From Desulfocapsa sulfexigens DSM 10523 (lineage in GTDB: Bacteria; Desulfobacterota; Desulfobulbia; Desulfobulbales; Desulfocapsaceae): DNA of 32,000 nucleotides. Shown piece by piece: positions 10,916 through 19,178 of this stretch. Below the pieces are notes generated by a model, which saw only the letters and a list, made by a program, of their open reading frames with translations, searched no databases and was not told the DNA's origin. The position numbers and the translations under genes are program-made. Each line of letters opens with the position of its first letter. Position 1 is the first letter of the stretch. The stretch is taken from assembly GCF_000341395.1 (NCBI RefSeq), contig NC_020304.1, positions 1,080,001 through 1,112,000 on the forward strand. The letters are read 5' to 3'.

Positions 10916-11413
10916 CTATTGTGCGACCTTGCGCAGTATATCAATCCCGTCGGGGGTAAAATCTTCATTTTCTGACAATTTGAAAATATCAGAAACACTC
11001 ATAAAACAGCCGGAAGCAACTTCTTCTTCCTGTAGCTGGAAAGGACCATTGTGGACACAGGAAAAAATCCGTCCCCAGACCCGGTTATCATCTTCTTCAA
11101 AGTACTGATCAAAAAGAGGGGTAAAAGAGACCCCTGCAACTCCAAGTTCTTCCGCTAATTCCCTGTGTGCAGATTCTTCGTAGGATTCTCCCGCAAGTAC
11201 AACCCCTCCGGCTGCAACATCCCAGCAGGAAGGATACAAATCCTTGGTGGCTGTTCGTTTTTGGAGAAAGAGCTCTTTCTGTTCGTTGAAAACAAGGATA
11301 TAGGAAGCGCGATGGATGAGACCCTGCTCACGCATAATACGCCTTGGAACTACCTCTGTCTCCATGTTGTTACGGTCAACAATCTGGACGATTTCTTCCC
11401 CGGGGTTATACAT
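10916..11413 (-). CDS. NUDIX hydrolase
   Basis: Nudix box GVVLAGESYEESAHRELAEELGV. Likely start is the internal ATG (MYNPGEEIV) at 11413, overlapping the upstream gene's stop. Confidence 0.88.
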   Translation of the reverse strand: MYNPGEEIVQIVDRNNMETEVVPRRIMREQGLIHRASYILVFNEQKELFLQKRTATKDLYPSCWDVAAGGVVLAGESYEESAHRELAEELGVAGVSFTPLFDQYFEEDDNRVWGRIFSCVHNGPFQLQEEEVASGCFMSVSDIFKLSENEDFTPDGIDILRKVAQ

Positions 11414-12053
11414 CAGGCTTAATCCCTGACCGTTCACAGTGGGGAGTTGCAATAGCCGGGGGGCCCTTCAGCAGCATCTGGGCAATGGTCAGTTTCACCC
11501 GTGGATACAAATGAAGCTTTTCGCCCATGAGTTTCCGCTCCACCGCTACCAGCCTTTGCAGGAGCGGTGTTCGCTCCACGTGCGGGGCCTGAGAATCATG
11601 AACAAATTTCTTTTTCACGATTTTTTGGCAGCGAAAACAACCGGGAAAATGCAAGGTCTGCCCATCCGGGCGCCGCATTGAAGCCGGTACTCCGTGAGTC
11701 CTGCAGACCATAAGCCGATGTGTATAGAGGCTACAACGTCCCTCATCAATCAAGGGACACATCACCTGGGGACGCTCCCCCCTGGCTTCAGCCTTCTCAC
11801 ATTCAAGAATATACTGCTTCGAGCGCTCGACAAGTTCCTGCTGCCTCGCTTCATCAAGTTCACAAAAACCCTTCCAGAGATAGGCCCATTCGGCGTAGGT
11901 ATGATGGAGAAAATAGGAATCACAGCAGTTATCCGGGCAGCCGTCACAGCTGAAATTCAGACTGCGCGCCACCACATCATAACTCGATGCCATCTCCTCA
12001 TAGATTCTACGCATCTCTTCGCTGAGTTCGTCACTGAGTACCACTTCCTTCAT
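11406..12053 (-). CDS. YkgJ/Zn-Fe cluster-type cysteine-rich protein
   Basis: CDGCPDNCCDSYF...CPLIDEGRCSLYTHRLMVCRTHG...FPGCFRC. Confidence 0.7.
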   Translation of the reverse strand: MKEVVLSDELSEEMRRIYEEMASSYDVVARSLNFSCDGCPDNCCDSYFLHHTYAEWAYLWKGFCELDEARQQELVERSKQYILECEKAEARGERPQVMCPLIDEGRCSLYTHRLMVCRTHGVPASMRRPDGQTLHFPGCFRCQKIVKKKFVHDSQAPHVERTPLLQRLVAVERKLMGEKLHLYPRVKLTIAQMLLKGPPAIATPHCERSGIKPDV

Positions 12054-12619
12054 TCTTCTTCCTCTTCAAAACATTGCACCTGATAAATTTCAATCTTCGG
12101 GTGATCATTCTTCCAGGCGCTATCAACAAGCCCTGCCTTACGGCAGAGATGACTTAGAAACAGCTCTGGTGCAGGCAGCTGATCCCATACCTGGGGTAAA
12201 AAAGTGGCACCCGCACGCCCGAGTTGCAAAATCACCCCATCTATACCCGGCCGCAGTTTACTGATAAGATCGGCACCATCGCTATATTCAAGCTTTTGCG
12301 GCTGACTGAGCACTGAGATGTCAATTTCCACATTATCAAACTCTGCGGCAGTGAGAGGTGAGAAACGACTGTCATGAAAGGCTGCGCTGATTGCATTACG
12401 TTTCACACCCTCCGCAACCGATCCACTGGGTAAAAGATTACCGATACACCCCCGTAAGTTCCCTCCGATCTTCAGGGTAACAAAAGTACCATATTCAACA
12501 TCAAGTGCTGGATCATTCACAGCTTCCACGTCTGTCTCAACACCCAGCTTCACAGCAATAGTCTGCCTGGCAAGTCGCAGTAAACTCCGCCCCTGTTCCA
12601 CAGTTAAAACTGATTTCAT
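12050..12619 (-). CDS. amrA: AMMECR1-domain protein (AmmeMemoRadiSam system protein A)
   Basis: GTFVTLKIGGNLRGCIGN...AAFHDSRFSPLTAAEFDNVEIDISVLS. Likely start ATG 12619 (MKSVLTVEQGRSLLRLAR) with AAGGTG upstream; the ORF track start at 12715 is a GTG. Confidence 0.85.
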   Translation of the reverse strand: MKSVLTVEQGRSLLRLARQTIAVKLGVETDVEAVNDPALDVEYGTFVTLKIGGNLRGCIGNLLPSGSVAEGVKRNAISAAFHDSRFSPLTAAEFDNVEIDISVLSQPQKLEYSDGADLISKLRPGIDGVILQLGRAGATFLPQVWDQLPAPELFLSHLCRKAGLVDSAWKNDHPKIEIYQVQCFEEEEE

Positions 12620-12689
12620 GTTTTTTTTCACCTTAGGACTCATCCCTGAAATGATTGGCCACAGCGTTTCATATGTGTTTTGTCCGGTC

Positions 12690-12903
12690 TTGGCATAATA
12701 GTTTCTGACTACCACAACTCCTCAGCCTACCCGCCTGAGGAGTTGTTCCGTTTTGATTATATGGGTATCTGCGGTCTGGACGGCCGCAGCAGAGCCCCCA
12801 GGGATGGGTTTATGGCGTCCCATATAATCGACACGGAACAGCTCCGGATTGCAAAGCTGAGTTTCGATGGTAATCAGGTAATAGTTTGCCCTAATATGTC
12901 CAA
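12690..12903. repeat. Long imperfect inverted repeat
   Basis: Core arms 12739-12765 (GGAGTTGTTCCGTTTTGATTATATGGG) and 12819-12845 (reverse complement GGAGCTGTTCCGTGTCGATTATATGGG), 24/27 matching. Weaker similarity extends outward (CTCAGC, CTGAC/TTACCA, TTGG(A)CATA(A/T)TAG). Confidence 0.75.
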
Positions 12904-12940
12904 GCCTTATCAGGTGCAGATGCGCCGCTGTGGCCAATAA

Positions 12941-13975
12941 TTACCACTTTATTCCCAGCATCAGGCAGTTAATTCCACTGCCAATCCCCAGCATGGCTGC
13001 CTTTTCACCGGGCCGAAAACAATCCTGTTCCATGGCCATGGCCATGGTAATAGGTGCAGACACAGATCCCACGTTACCCAAGGTCTGTAATGTCTCAAAA
13101 TTCTTTTTCAAATCCAGCCCGAGAGTATCAAAAAGCAACCGCGCATGAGCCGTTCCCACCTGATGACAGAAAAACCTGTCAATATCATCCTCACTCCAGC
13201 CGGGGATGGATGCAAAATCCTCCCAGGTCGCATGAGCCGTCTCGACACCCCGGATCAGCAACTCCTCGGAGTTAGTGTTCATAAGGGTGGTGTCAGCGCC
13301 GCTCTGTGCCCCCTGACAGAGATCGGAATGCCTGGTGTTAGCTTTCCAGGCTCCACGCATCAGGCGCGGTTTATTCATCCCAGGGAGAAGACTGCACATA
13401 TAGAGGGCCACAGAACCGGAACCAATGGTGAGGGAAGCAAAGGCTGGCTTTATTTTTTTCCTGGTCAGACCTTTATCGTCAAGCAGTGCCTGAATTGTTG
13501 ATTCCACAAGTTCCTCGGCCGTTTCACCTGCCACCACCAGTCCAGTACGCACCTGGCCAAGCTCTATCATATTGGCAAGCATCACCATTCCGTCGAGAAA
13601 TCCCAGGCAGGCATTGGACAGATCAAAGAGCAGACAATCTTCCGATAAACCCAGCTGACTATGAACAAAGGAAGCAGTGGCCGGTTCCATCATATCCCTT
13701 GAAACCGAGGTAAAAATAAGACATTCTATGGTGTCGGGATCGATATCACTCTTATCAAGTACTGCCTGTCCAGCAAGTGCTGCCCCCTGACTCGGTCTGG
13801 TTCCCGGCTCCCACAACCGTCTCTCTTTTATTCCGCTCATCAGTTCCAGTCTTCCGGCAGGAAGCTTCAGGCGTTCGTACAATGGAGCCAGGCGTTTCTC
13901 TATGGCATCGGAACCTATAATACGGGGTGGCAGCACGTAGGCAAATGTATGAAGACAGACTTTTGAATAGAACAT
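12941..13975 (-). CDS. 3-oxoacyl-ACP synthase III (KAS III) family protein
   Basis: Cys-His-Asn catalytic pattern: LSNACLGFLDG, FFCHQVGTAH, LGNVGSVSAP. Confidence 0.87.
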   Translation of the reverse strand: MFYSKVCLHTFAYVLPPRIIGSDAIEKRLAPLYERLKLPAGRLELMSGIKERRLWEPGTRPSQGAALAGQAVLDKSDIDPDTIECLIFTSVSRDMMEPATASFVHSQLGLSEDCLLFDLSNACLGFLDGMVMLANMIELGQVRTGLVVAGETAEELVESTIQALLDDKGLTRKKIKPAFASLTIGSGSVALYMCSLLPGMNKPRLMRGAWKANTRHSDLCQGAQSGADTTLMNTNSEELLIRGVETAHATWEDFASIPGWSEDDIDRFFCHQVGTAHARLLFDTLGLDLKKNFETLQTLGNVGSVSAPITMAMAMEQDCFRPGEKAAMLGIGSGINCLMLGIKW

Positions 13976-14073
13976 ATATTTTCTATATTACTGATATTGT
14001 GGGTAGCAGGGATGAATCAATTCGAGGAGAATGTAGCAGGTATAGCGAAGGAATACAACTTTTAGCGGCTTTT

Positions 14074-14967
14074 TTATAATGAGGCCTCAGCCAGAGAAAT
14101 TTCCAGACGGCGGGCGATAAGTGATACCGCAAAGCAAAGCACAAAATACATAAAGGAGATGGTCAGCCACACCTCATTAGTCCGCTGAGTGGAGGTCATC
14201 ACCTGCATTCCCTGGAAGGTGAGCTCCTGAATTGAAATAATGGAAACAATAGACGAATACTTAATGGTATTTATAAATTCATTGGCGAGCGGTGGCAGCA
14301 CACGTCTGGTCGCCTGTGGCAGGACAATAAACCGCATCTGCTGCAGCCACCTGAGACCGAGTGCAGCCGAGGCCTCCCACTGTTCATTATCTATGGACTG
14401 TATCCCTGCCCGGACAATCTCTGCAATATAGGCTCCCTGAAACAAAGCCACGGTGAACACTCCTGAGACAAAGGCTGTAAAGAGTTCAGGTGAGGCAACG
14501 GTAACACTCAGCCATTGGGCAGTCAGACCTGTTCTGCTGCGGACAAATTCATCCACTCCAAGGGACAGCATCAGCTGATCGGATACAAAAAAATAGAAGA
14601 TAAAGACCAGAACCAGAGGCGGAATATTGCGAATAAGCTCCACATAGCTGCGTCCTATCATACGATACAGGAGACGCTTCCGGGTTCGAAGTATTCCCAT
14701 AAGGACACCAATAATGGTGGCAAAAAAGATTGCCCAGAGACTGAGACGAATGGTGGTCAAAAAACCATCGATTAAAATATTGCTGACCCAGCGCTCATTC
14801 TCACCATCCCAGCGAAAGAGGTAATTAGGAATCACCCCCCAGTCCCAGCGATAGTTCAGTCCAACACTCAGTCGATACGTGATATATCCAATGAATAACA
14901 GGATAACAGACGTCACCGCAATGTCGAGGACAGTACTGCTTTTTCGTATAAGATAAACACCAGTCAT
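14074..14967 (-). CDS. Polar amino-acid type ABC transporter permease (HisM/GlnP-like)
   Basis: FLTTIRLSLWAIFFATIIGVLMG...YVELIRNIPPLVLVFIFYFFVS...GAYIAEIVRAGIQSIDNEQWEASAALGLRWLQQMRFIVLPQATRRVLPPLANEFI. Confidence 0.92.
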   Translation of the reverse strand: MTGVYLIRKSSTVLDIAVTSVILLFIGYITYRLSVGLNYRWDWGVIPNYLFRWDGENERWVSNILIDGFLTTIRLSLWAIFFATIIGVLMGILRTRKRLLYRMIGRSYVELIRNIPPLVLVFIFYFFVSDQLMLSLGVDEFVRSRTGLTAQWLSVTVASPELFTAFVSGVFTVALFQGAYIAEIVRAGIQSIDNEQWEASAALGLRWLQQMRFIVLPQATRRVLPPLANEFINTIKYSSIVSIISIQELTFQGMQVMTSTQRTNEVWLTISFMYFVLCFAVSLIARRLEISLAEASL

Positions 14968-15782
14968 ATTCTGTTGATCCTGACCTCACCCCTCTGTACC
15001 GTCCGATAATACTTTACCGCCGGTATACCAAAGGACATCATATAGCCAATGGTATGACCTTCTGGCACATTCAAGCGCTCTAGAACCTCGGGTACAATCC
15101 TGGTCAAAGCCCAGTTGCACAAGCCATTCCACACCGTCCCCAAACCACTTGCTGCCGCCAAAATTTCAAAATAGGTCAGAGCAATCAGACAGTCCTGCTC
15201 AGGCGATGGGCCATTGGCAGGAGTGGACACTATCAGGAGATGCGGGGCATTTCTAAAGAGGATGTCCTCCCCATTATCGGCTGCTGCTACGATTCCTGAA
15301 AAAAACTCGAGTTCCTTGGGCAGGCCTCCCCGTCCATCCACCCGGCGAATCCCCTCAATTGTATCATGACGCAGAGCTGCCATGGAGTCCTGATCTTCAA
15401 CAACAGTGAACAGCAGCTGTCGATTATTCACCCCAGTGGGGCCATTGGCTACCACTTCAAGTAACTCGGCGATAACACTGCTGGCAACCGGCTCATCACG
15501 ATATCTGCGAACAGAGCGTCTCCCCTTAATCAATGTCGCAACCTGTTGTTGGGAAGGGAACGCACTACCCAATTGAAGGGACTCATCAGGATTCAGACCA
15601 AAGATAGAAAGAGCCCCGGTGGGACAAACAGCAAAACAGTGCTGGCAGGCAATACATCTCTCCTCTTGCTCAGCAACTACCGTAGGATAACCATCGTCCA
15701 AAGATAATACATCATATGGGCAGTCTGTAACGCACTCTCCACATTGAACACAACGCTCTTCATCAATACGTAATAGAAGCAT
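14964..15782 (-). CDS. Nitroreductase with N-terminal 2x[4Fe-4S] ferredoxin domain
   Basis: CVQCGECVTDCPYDVL, CIACQHCFAVCPTGAL, then RRSVRRYRDEPV nitroreductase fold. Likely start is the internal ATG (MLLLRIDEERC). Confidence 0.9.
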   Translation of the reverse strand: MLLLRIDEERCVQCGECVTDCPYDVLSLDDGYPTVVAEQEERCIACQHCFAVCPTGALSIFGLNPDESLQLGSAFPSQQQVATLIKGRRSVRRYRDEPVASSVIAELLEVVANGPTGVNNRQLLFTVVEDQDSMAALRHDTIEGIRRVDGRGGLPKELEFFSGIVAAADNGEDILFRNAPHLLIVSTPANGPSPEQDCLIALTYFEILAAASGLGTVWNGLCNWALTRIVPEVLERLNVPEGHTIGYMMSFGIPAVKYYRTVQRGEVRINRI

Positions 15783-16059
15783 AACTCTCCTCACGAATAC
15801 CTGTAAATACTGTTTTATAATACTATCGACATATCATCATTATTGTTGAACGTTCGAAAAAAAAAGACCACTTGCAATGAACTTATTACAGAAACTGACA
15901 TTAGCCAACCCTGGAAAGTCATGTGACCAAAGGTACCTGCAAAAAAAACTATCGATATATCCTGGTAACCGCGGCAGAGGCTGCCCCCTTGATCAAGATT
16001 GTGGTGGTGCAGGCATATGAGCTGGATATGCAAACATAGTTCGACTGCCCCTTCCCTGT

Positions 16060-17322
16060 TCAGTCCAGCTTTTCTTTCTTGAACGTTTCGGGCAAAGTGA
16101 AAACCGTGACCAGGCTCACTCCTGAGGCAAGCGCCAGATACCACGCAACGGAGATATTATTGTGACTGGTATGAATCAGCCAGGTGGCAATCATGGGAGC
16201 TGTTCCACCAAAAATGGCAAAACAGAGATTAAATGCGATGCTGACAGCACTCATACGTACTTCTTTATCAAAAAGCTCCACCATAACCACTCCCACAACA
16301 CCCATGAAAGTCCCGATAAGAAGAGCAAATAGTGTTTGGCCAAGGAGCAGATGGTAGGTAAGAGAACCTGACATCAAAGTATAGAGGGGAAAGGAAAAAA
16401 GAGTCAGGCCTCCCGTGGAAATTATGAGCATTGGTTTTCGACCAAAGCGGTTCGAAAGGGAACTGGAAATCAACATGGCAAGTATCGCAACAACCAGAGC
16501 CAGGGAATTGATCTCCAGAGCATAGCTATTGGTAGTGTTGGAAAACTTCTGCATCCATAAAGGGTTATAGATAAAAACGGTATAAAAGCCGACTGCAAAC
16601 GTCATATTCAGAAAGAAGACTTTCAAAAAGGCACCAAGGTGATTTCGATAAATATCAACCATGGGTGCCACTGATCTGGACTCATCCTCTGGATGATAAG
16701 ACTCAGGTAGATACTTCCGGATGAGAATGCCTACAAAGGCAATTCCTGTTCCCATGCAGAAGGGAATCCTCCAGGCCCATGCAACGACACTCTCATGGCT
16801 GAAGCAGGTGAATATCGCCACTCCCACCAAACTACCGAGCAAAACCCCCAGTACTGTACCAACAAAAGGGATGACCGCGGCAAAGGAACGGTTATTCGAA
16901 TTTGACAGTTCAGTTAAATACACAACTGAGCCAGTATGTTCTCCGCCAACAGAAAGGCCCTGTAACATTCTCATAAGAATGAGCAGAATGGGGGCAAAGA
17001 TCCCTATAACCGAAAAAGTTGGAGTAATGGCAATAATACATGACGGAAAAGCCATGAGAAAAATTGATGCTGTGAGAACTTTTTTTCTGCCAAAGGTATC
17101 GCCTATATGGCCAAAAACAATGGCTCCCAGAGGCCGCATAACAAAGCCAATGGCAAACGCTGCAAACGCTGCCATAAGAGAGACGAAATGATTTTCTGAA
17201 GGAAAAAATTTCTGAGCAATAATCAATGAGAAAAAACCGTATACAGTAAAATCAAACCATTCCAGGATCTCACCTGTTAAACCAGCAAAATAGATTTTTT
17301 TATTAATTGCTCCTTTTTCCAT
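16060..17322 (-). CDS. MFS transporter, metabolite:H+ symporter (ProP/KgtP-like) family
   Basis: GEILEWFDFTVYGFFS...RPLGAIVFGHIGDTFGRKKVL...LRMLQGLSVGGEHTGSVVYLTE...NRFGRKPML. Start at MEKGAINKK (17322) is preceded by AGGAG. Confidence 0.9.
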   Translation of the reverse strand: MEKGAINKKIYFAGLTGEILEWFDFTVYGFFSLIIAQKFFPSENHFVSLMAAFAAFAIGFVMRPLGAIVFGHIGDTFGRKKVLTASIFLMAFPSCIIAITPTFSVIGIFAPILLILMRMLQGLSVGGEHTGSVVYLTELSNSNNRSFAAVIPFVGTVLGVLLGSLVGVAIFTCFSHESVVAWAWRIPFCMGTGIAFVGILIRKYLPESYHPEDESRSVAPMVDIYRNHLGAFLKVFFLNMTFAVGFYTVFIYNPLWMQKFSNTTNSYALEINSLALVVAILAMLISSSLSNRFGRKPMLIISTGGLTLFSFPLYTLMSGSLTYHLLLGQTLFALLIGTFMGVVGVVMVELFDKEVRMSAVSIAFNLCFAIFGGTAPMIATWLIHTSHNNISVAWYLALASGVSLVTVFTLPETFKKEKLD

Positions 17323-17359
17323 CCCTATCTCCTGTATCCATATTTCGCGTCCTGCCAAT

Positions 17360-17398
17360 AAGAGACAGTCACGGTTTGTATATTGTGCCCTGTCTCTT
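17360..17398. repeat. Perfect 9-bp inverted repeat (AAGAGACAG-N21-CTGTCTCTT)
   Basis: Arms 17360-17368 and 17390-17398, followed on + strand by a T run. Lies between alpha/beta hydrolase stop and MFS start. Confidence 0.6.
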
Positions 17399-17477
17399 TT
17401 TTCTTCAGCTATTCCATCTATCCGCCCTTTTTCCTGTTATCACATCGTTCTGAGGCGTCTTACAGCAAAGCTGGTTT

Positions 17478-18698
17478 TCAGGAAAAACATTCGTCCAGCC
17501 AGTCGAGAATAACACCTGAGGAGTAAGAGAGATTTCCCACCTGACAGTGGGAATCTGCGCCCTGGGCGGCTGTAAAGCGACAACTGTCCAACTTTCCGCT
17601 AACGCCCCGGCAAAAGGCCTCGAACTGCCTCTGAGGTTCTTCCCCTTCCCCCTCTCCCAGCAGAGCCAGGGAGGGACATCTGATCTCTTTCAGATGTTCT
17701 CCTACCCTGAATTCCTGCATATAAACAAAACTCTTTTTCATACTGCCGCGGCCAAAGCGGGTGATGAGGTTGGTGCTCATCAATTTCATCTGTTCATTCA
17801 TAATCTCGGCTGGGATTACAGGAATCTCTGCAACAGTGAAATCATCCTCATCCGGCATCACGGCAGGGTCAAATCCGGCAAAGGCATTCATGTAAGCATG
17901 CAGATCGACAATGGGCGAGTTGGCTATCAGGGCCTTGATTCTCGGTTCATGTGCTGCTGCCTGGGTGGCAAAATAACCGCCAAAGCTGATGCCAAGCAAC
18001 GCTGTCCGTTGAGGATCACTTTCTTTCCTGGCAGTAAGCCAATCAAGAACAGTTGACACCACCCTTTCAAAATCAGGGATAAAACTGCTTTGAGGGATAA
18101 AACGACAACTGTCCATCTGCCCTGGCCCGGCAAAGAGGAGGACATTATAGCCCCGCTTCAGAGCGGCCATACCACGGGCCATGAACTCTTCTTCCAGGGT
18201 TCCGTCAAAACCACTGACAATGAGTAAGGTCTTTTCTTTTCTGGTGTCCTTCTCAGGTGTAAAGAGATAGACAGGCAAGGCCTCTTCTCCAAAGGGAATC
18301 CGGACATGGGTGAGGTTGTAGTCAAAACATTCTGCAGCCTTCAGGAAACAGTCTCTGGAACTCATCCCAAGCCGGGCATGGTCGGGGACGACACAAGAAG
18401 AGTAATATTCTGCGGCCCGAAAGGAGTTGCAGGCCATAAGGAAGAGCTCGCCGCTGCTGATGCGGTGTCCCTTCTCCAGTCTCTGCCTTGCCTCTTCTTC
18501 CTGCTGCCTTGCGAGATTGGAAAATTCTTTTACCCACGCACCGGGATTGCCATCTTCTATCTTTGCGGCAAGGTGGAGGCATTGGCCGATGGATGCCCCC
18601 CCTGTCTGGCAGGAACCAAGCTGACGAATCAGTTGAAAATCCATTTCTTTGTCTTGAAAACCCTGCACCCGAGTAGCACTGCGTTCTAACGATCCCAT
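17478..18698 (-). CDS. Alpha/beta hydrolase (esterase/dienelactone-hydrolase-like)
   Basis: Nucleophile elbow GISFGGYFA, FAGPGQ oxyanion region and downstream D/H (GEGEGEEPQRQFEAF...GADSHCQVG). Confidence 0.82.
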   Translation of the reverse strand: MGSLERSATRVQGFQDKEMDFQLIRQLGSCQTGGASIGQCLHLAAKIEDGNPGAWVKEFSNLARQQEEEARQRLEKGHRISSGELFLMACNSFRAAEYYSSCVVPDHARLGMSSRDCFLKAAECFDYNLTHVRIPFGEEALPVYLFTPEKDTRKEKTLLIVSGFDGTLEEEFMARGMAALKRGYNVLLFAGPGQMDSCRFIPQSSFIPDFERVVSTVLDWLTARKESDPQRTALLGISFGGYFATQAAAHEPRIKALIANSPIVDLHAYMNAFAGFDPAVMPDEDDFTVAEIPVIPAEIMNEQMKLMSTNLITRFGRGSMKKSFVYMQEFRVGEHLKEIRCPSLALLGEGEGEEPQRQFEAFCRGVSGKLDSCRFTAAQGADSHCQVGNLSYSSGVILDWLDECFS

Positions 18699-19052
18699 AG
18701 CATCTCCTGTGTTTTATGAAAAAAGCAACAAAGAGAGTTTGTCACTTACCGTAGAGAGAGTCAAGCCTGGACGTAAAGAATTGAGAAGAATGCACATTCC
18801 GCAGGGAAAGCAACATGGCACAGAAAAAGTATCCATTTGATCACCACCGGCTTTCAATCACTACCATAAACCGGCTCGCTATAACCTGGCCAGCATCAGC
18901 ATTGTGAACTGAAATTGAGGATCAGATAGGACTTTTCCTTTCATTTAGATAACTAATAACTTATCCTGCAAGAGTGTTAAGGTTCCAAACGCGCAAGCCA
19001 CGAAAGCTTCGTATTTTCATTTGGGCCAGTCCATTTAGGAGATCATCCCATC

Positions 19053-19178
19053 ATAAAGCTGCGTATTGCTCCTTACAATAGTCACAAAGGATTTTCTCAC
19101 TTCAACCAGCGCACGATACTATGCCTGGATAGCATCTCCAACCACGCCGTTTTGAGTGCGGAACTTGAACTACGATGA
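19053..19178 (+). pseudogene. Internally deleted relic of an endonuclease/exonuclease/phosphatase (EEP, YbhP-like) gene
   Basis: Hand translation: (I/ATA)KLRIAPYNSHKGFSHFNQRTILCLDSISNHAVLSAELELR*. N-terminal half resembles EEP start (LRIATYNIHKGF..FNRR..L), C-terminal half resembles EEP end (LSDHAPLSAE(L/I).L). AGGAGA lies upstream; start codon appears decayed to ATA; stop TGA overlaps the PLD ATG. Confidence 0.72.

Noticed and set aside
12680-12940. Small ORFs 12680..12940(+) and 12722..12937(-) as genes
   Set aside because: Their similar peptides result from the inverted repeat. There is no clear RBS or family signal.
15815-16144. 109-aa minus-strand ORF between MFS and nitroreductase genes
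   Set aside because: It overlaps the MFS 3' end and its composition looks non-coding. No motif was seen.
17358-17398. CTGTCTCTTAT similarity to Tn5/IS50 mosaic end
   Set aside because: Only about 11 of 19 positions match, the ends point in the wrong order for a bounded element, and there is no transposase nearby.
17547-18689. Overlapping ORFs on both strands over the alpha/beta hydrolase gene
   Set aside because: The minus-strand 17478..18698 frame has clear hydrolase motifs. The others have none.
18700-19050. Search for tRNA or further gene relics in the ~350-bp gap before the EEP relic
   Set aside because: No cloverleaf or recognisable peptide was found by eye. A TBLASTX/tRNAscan run would be needed.
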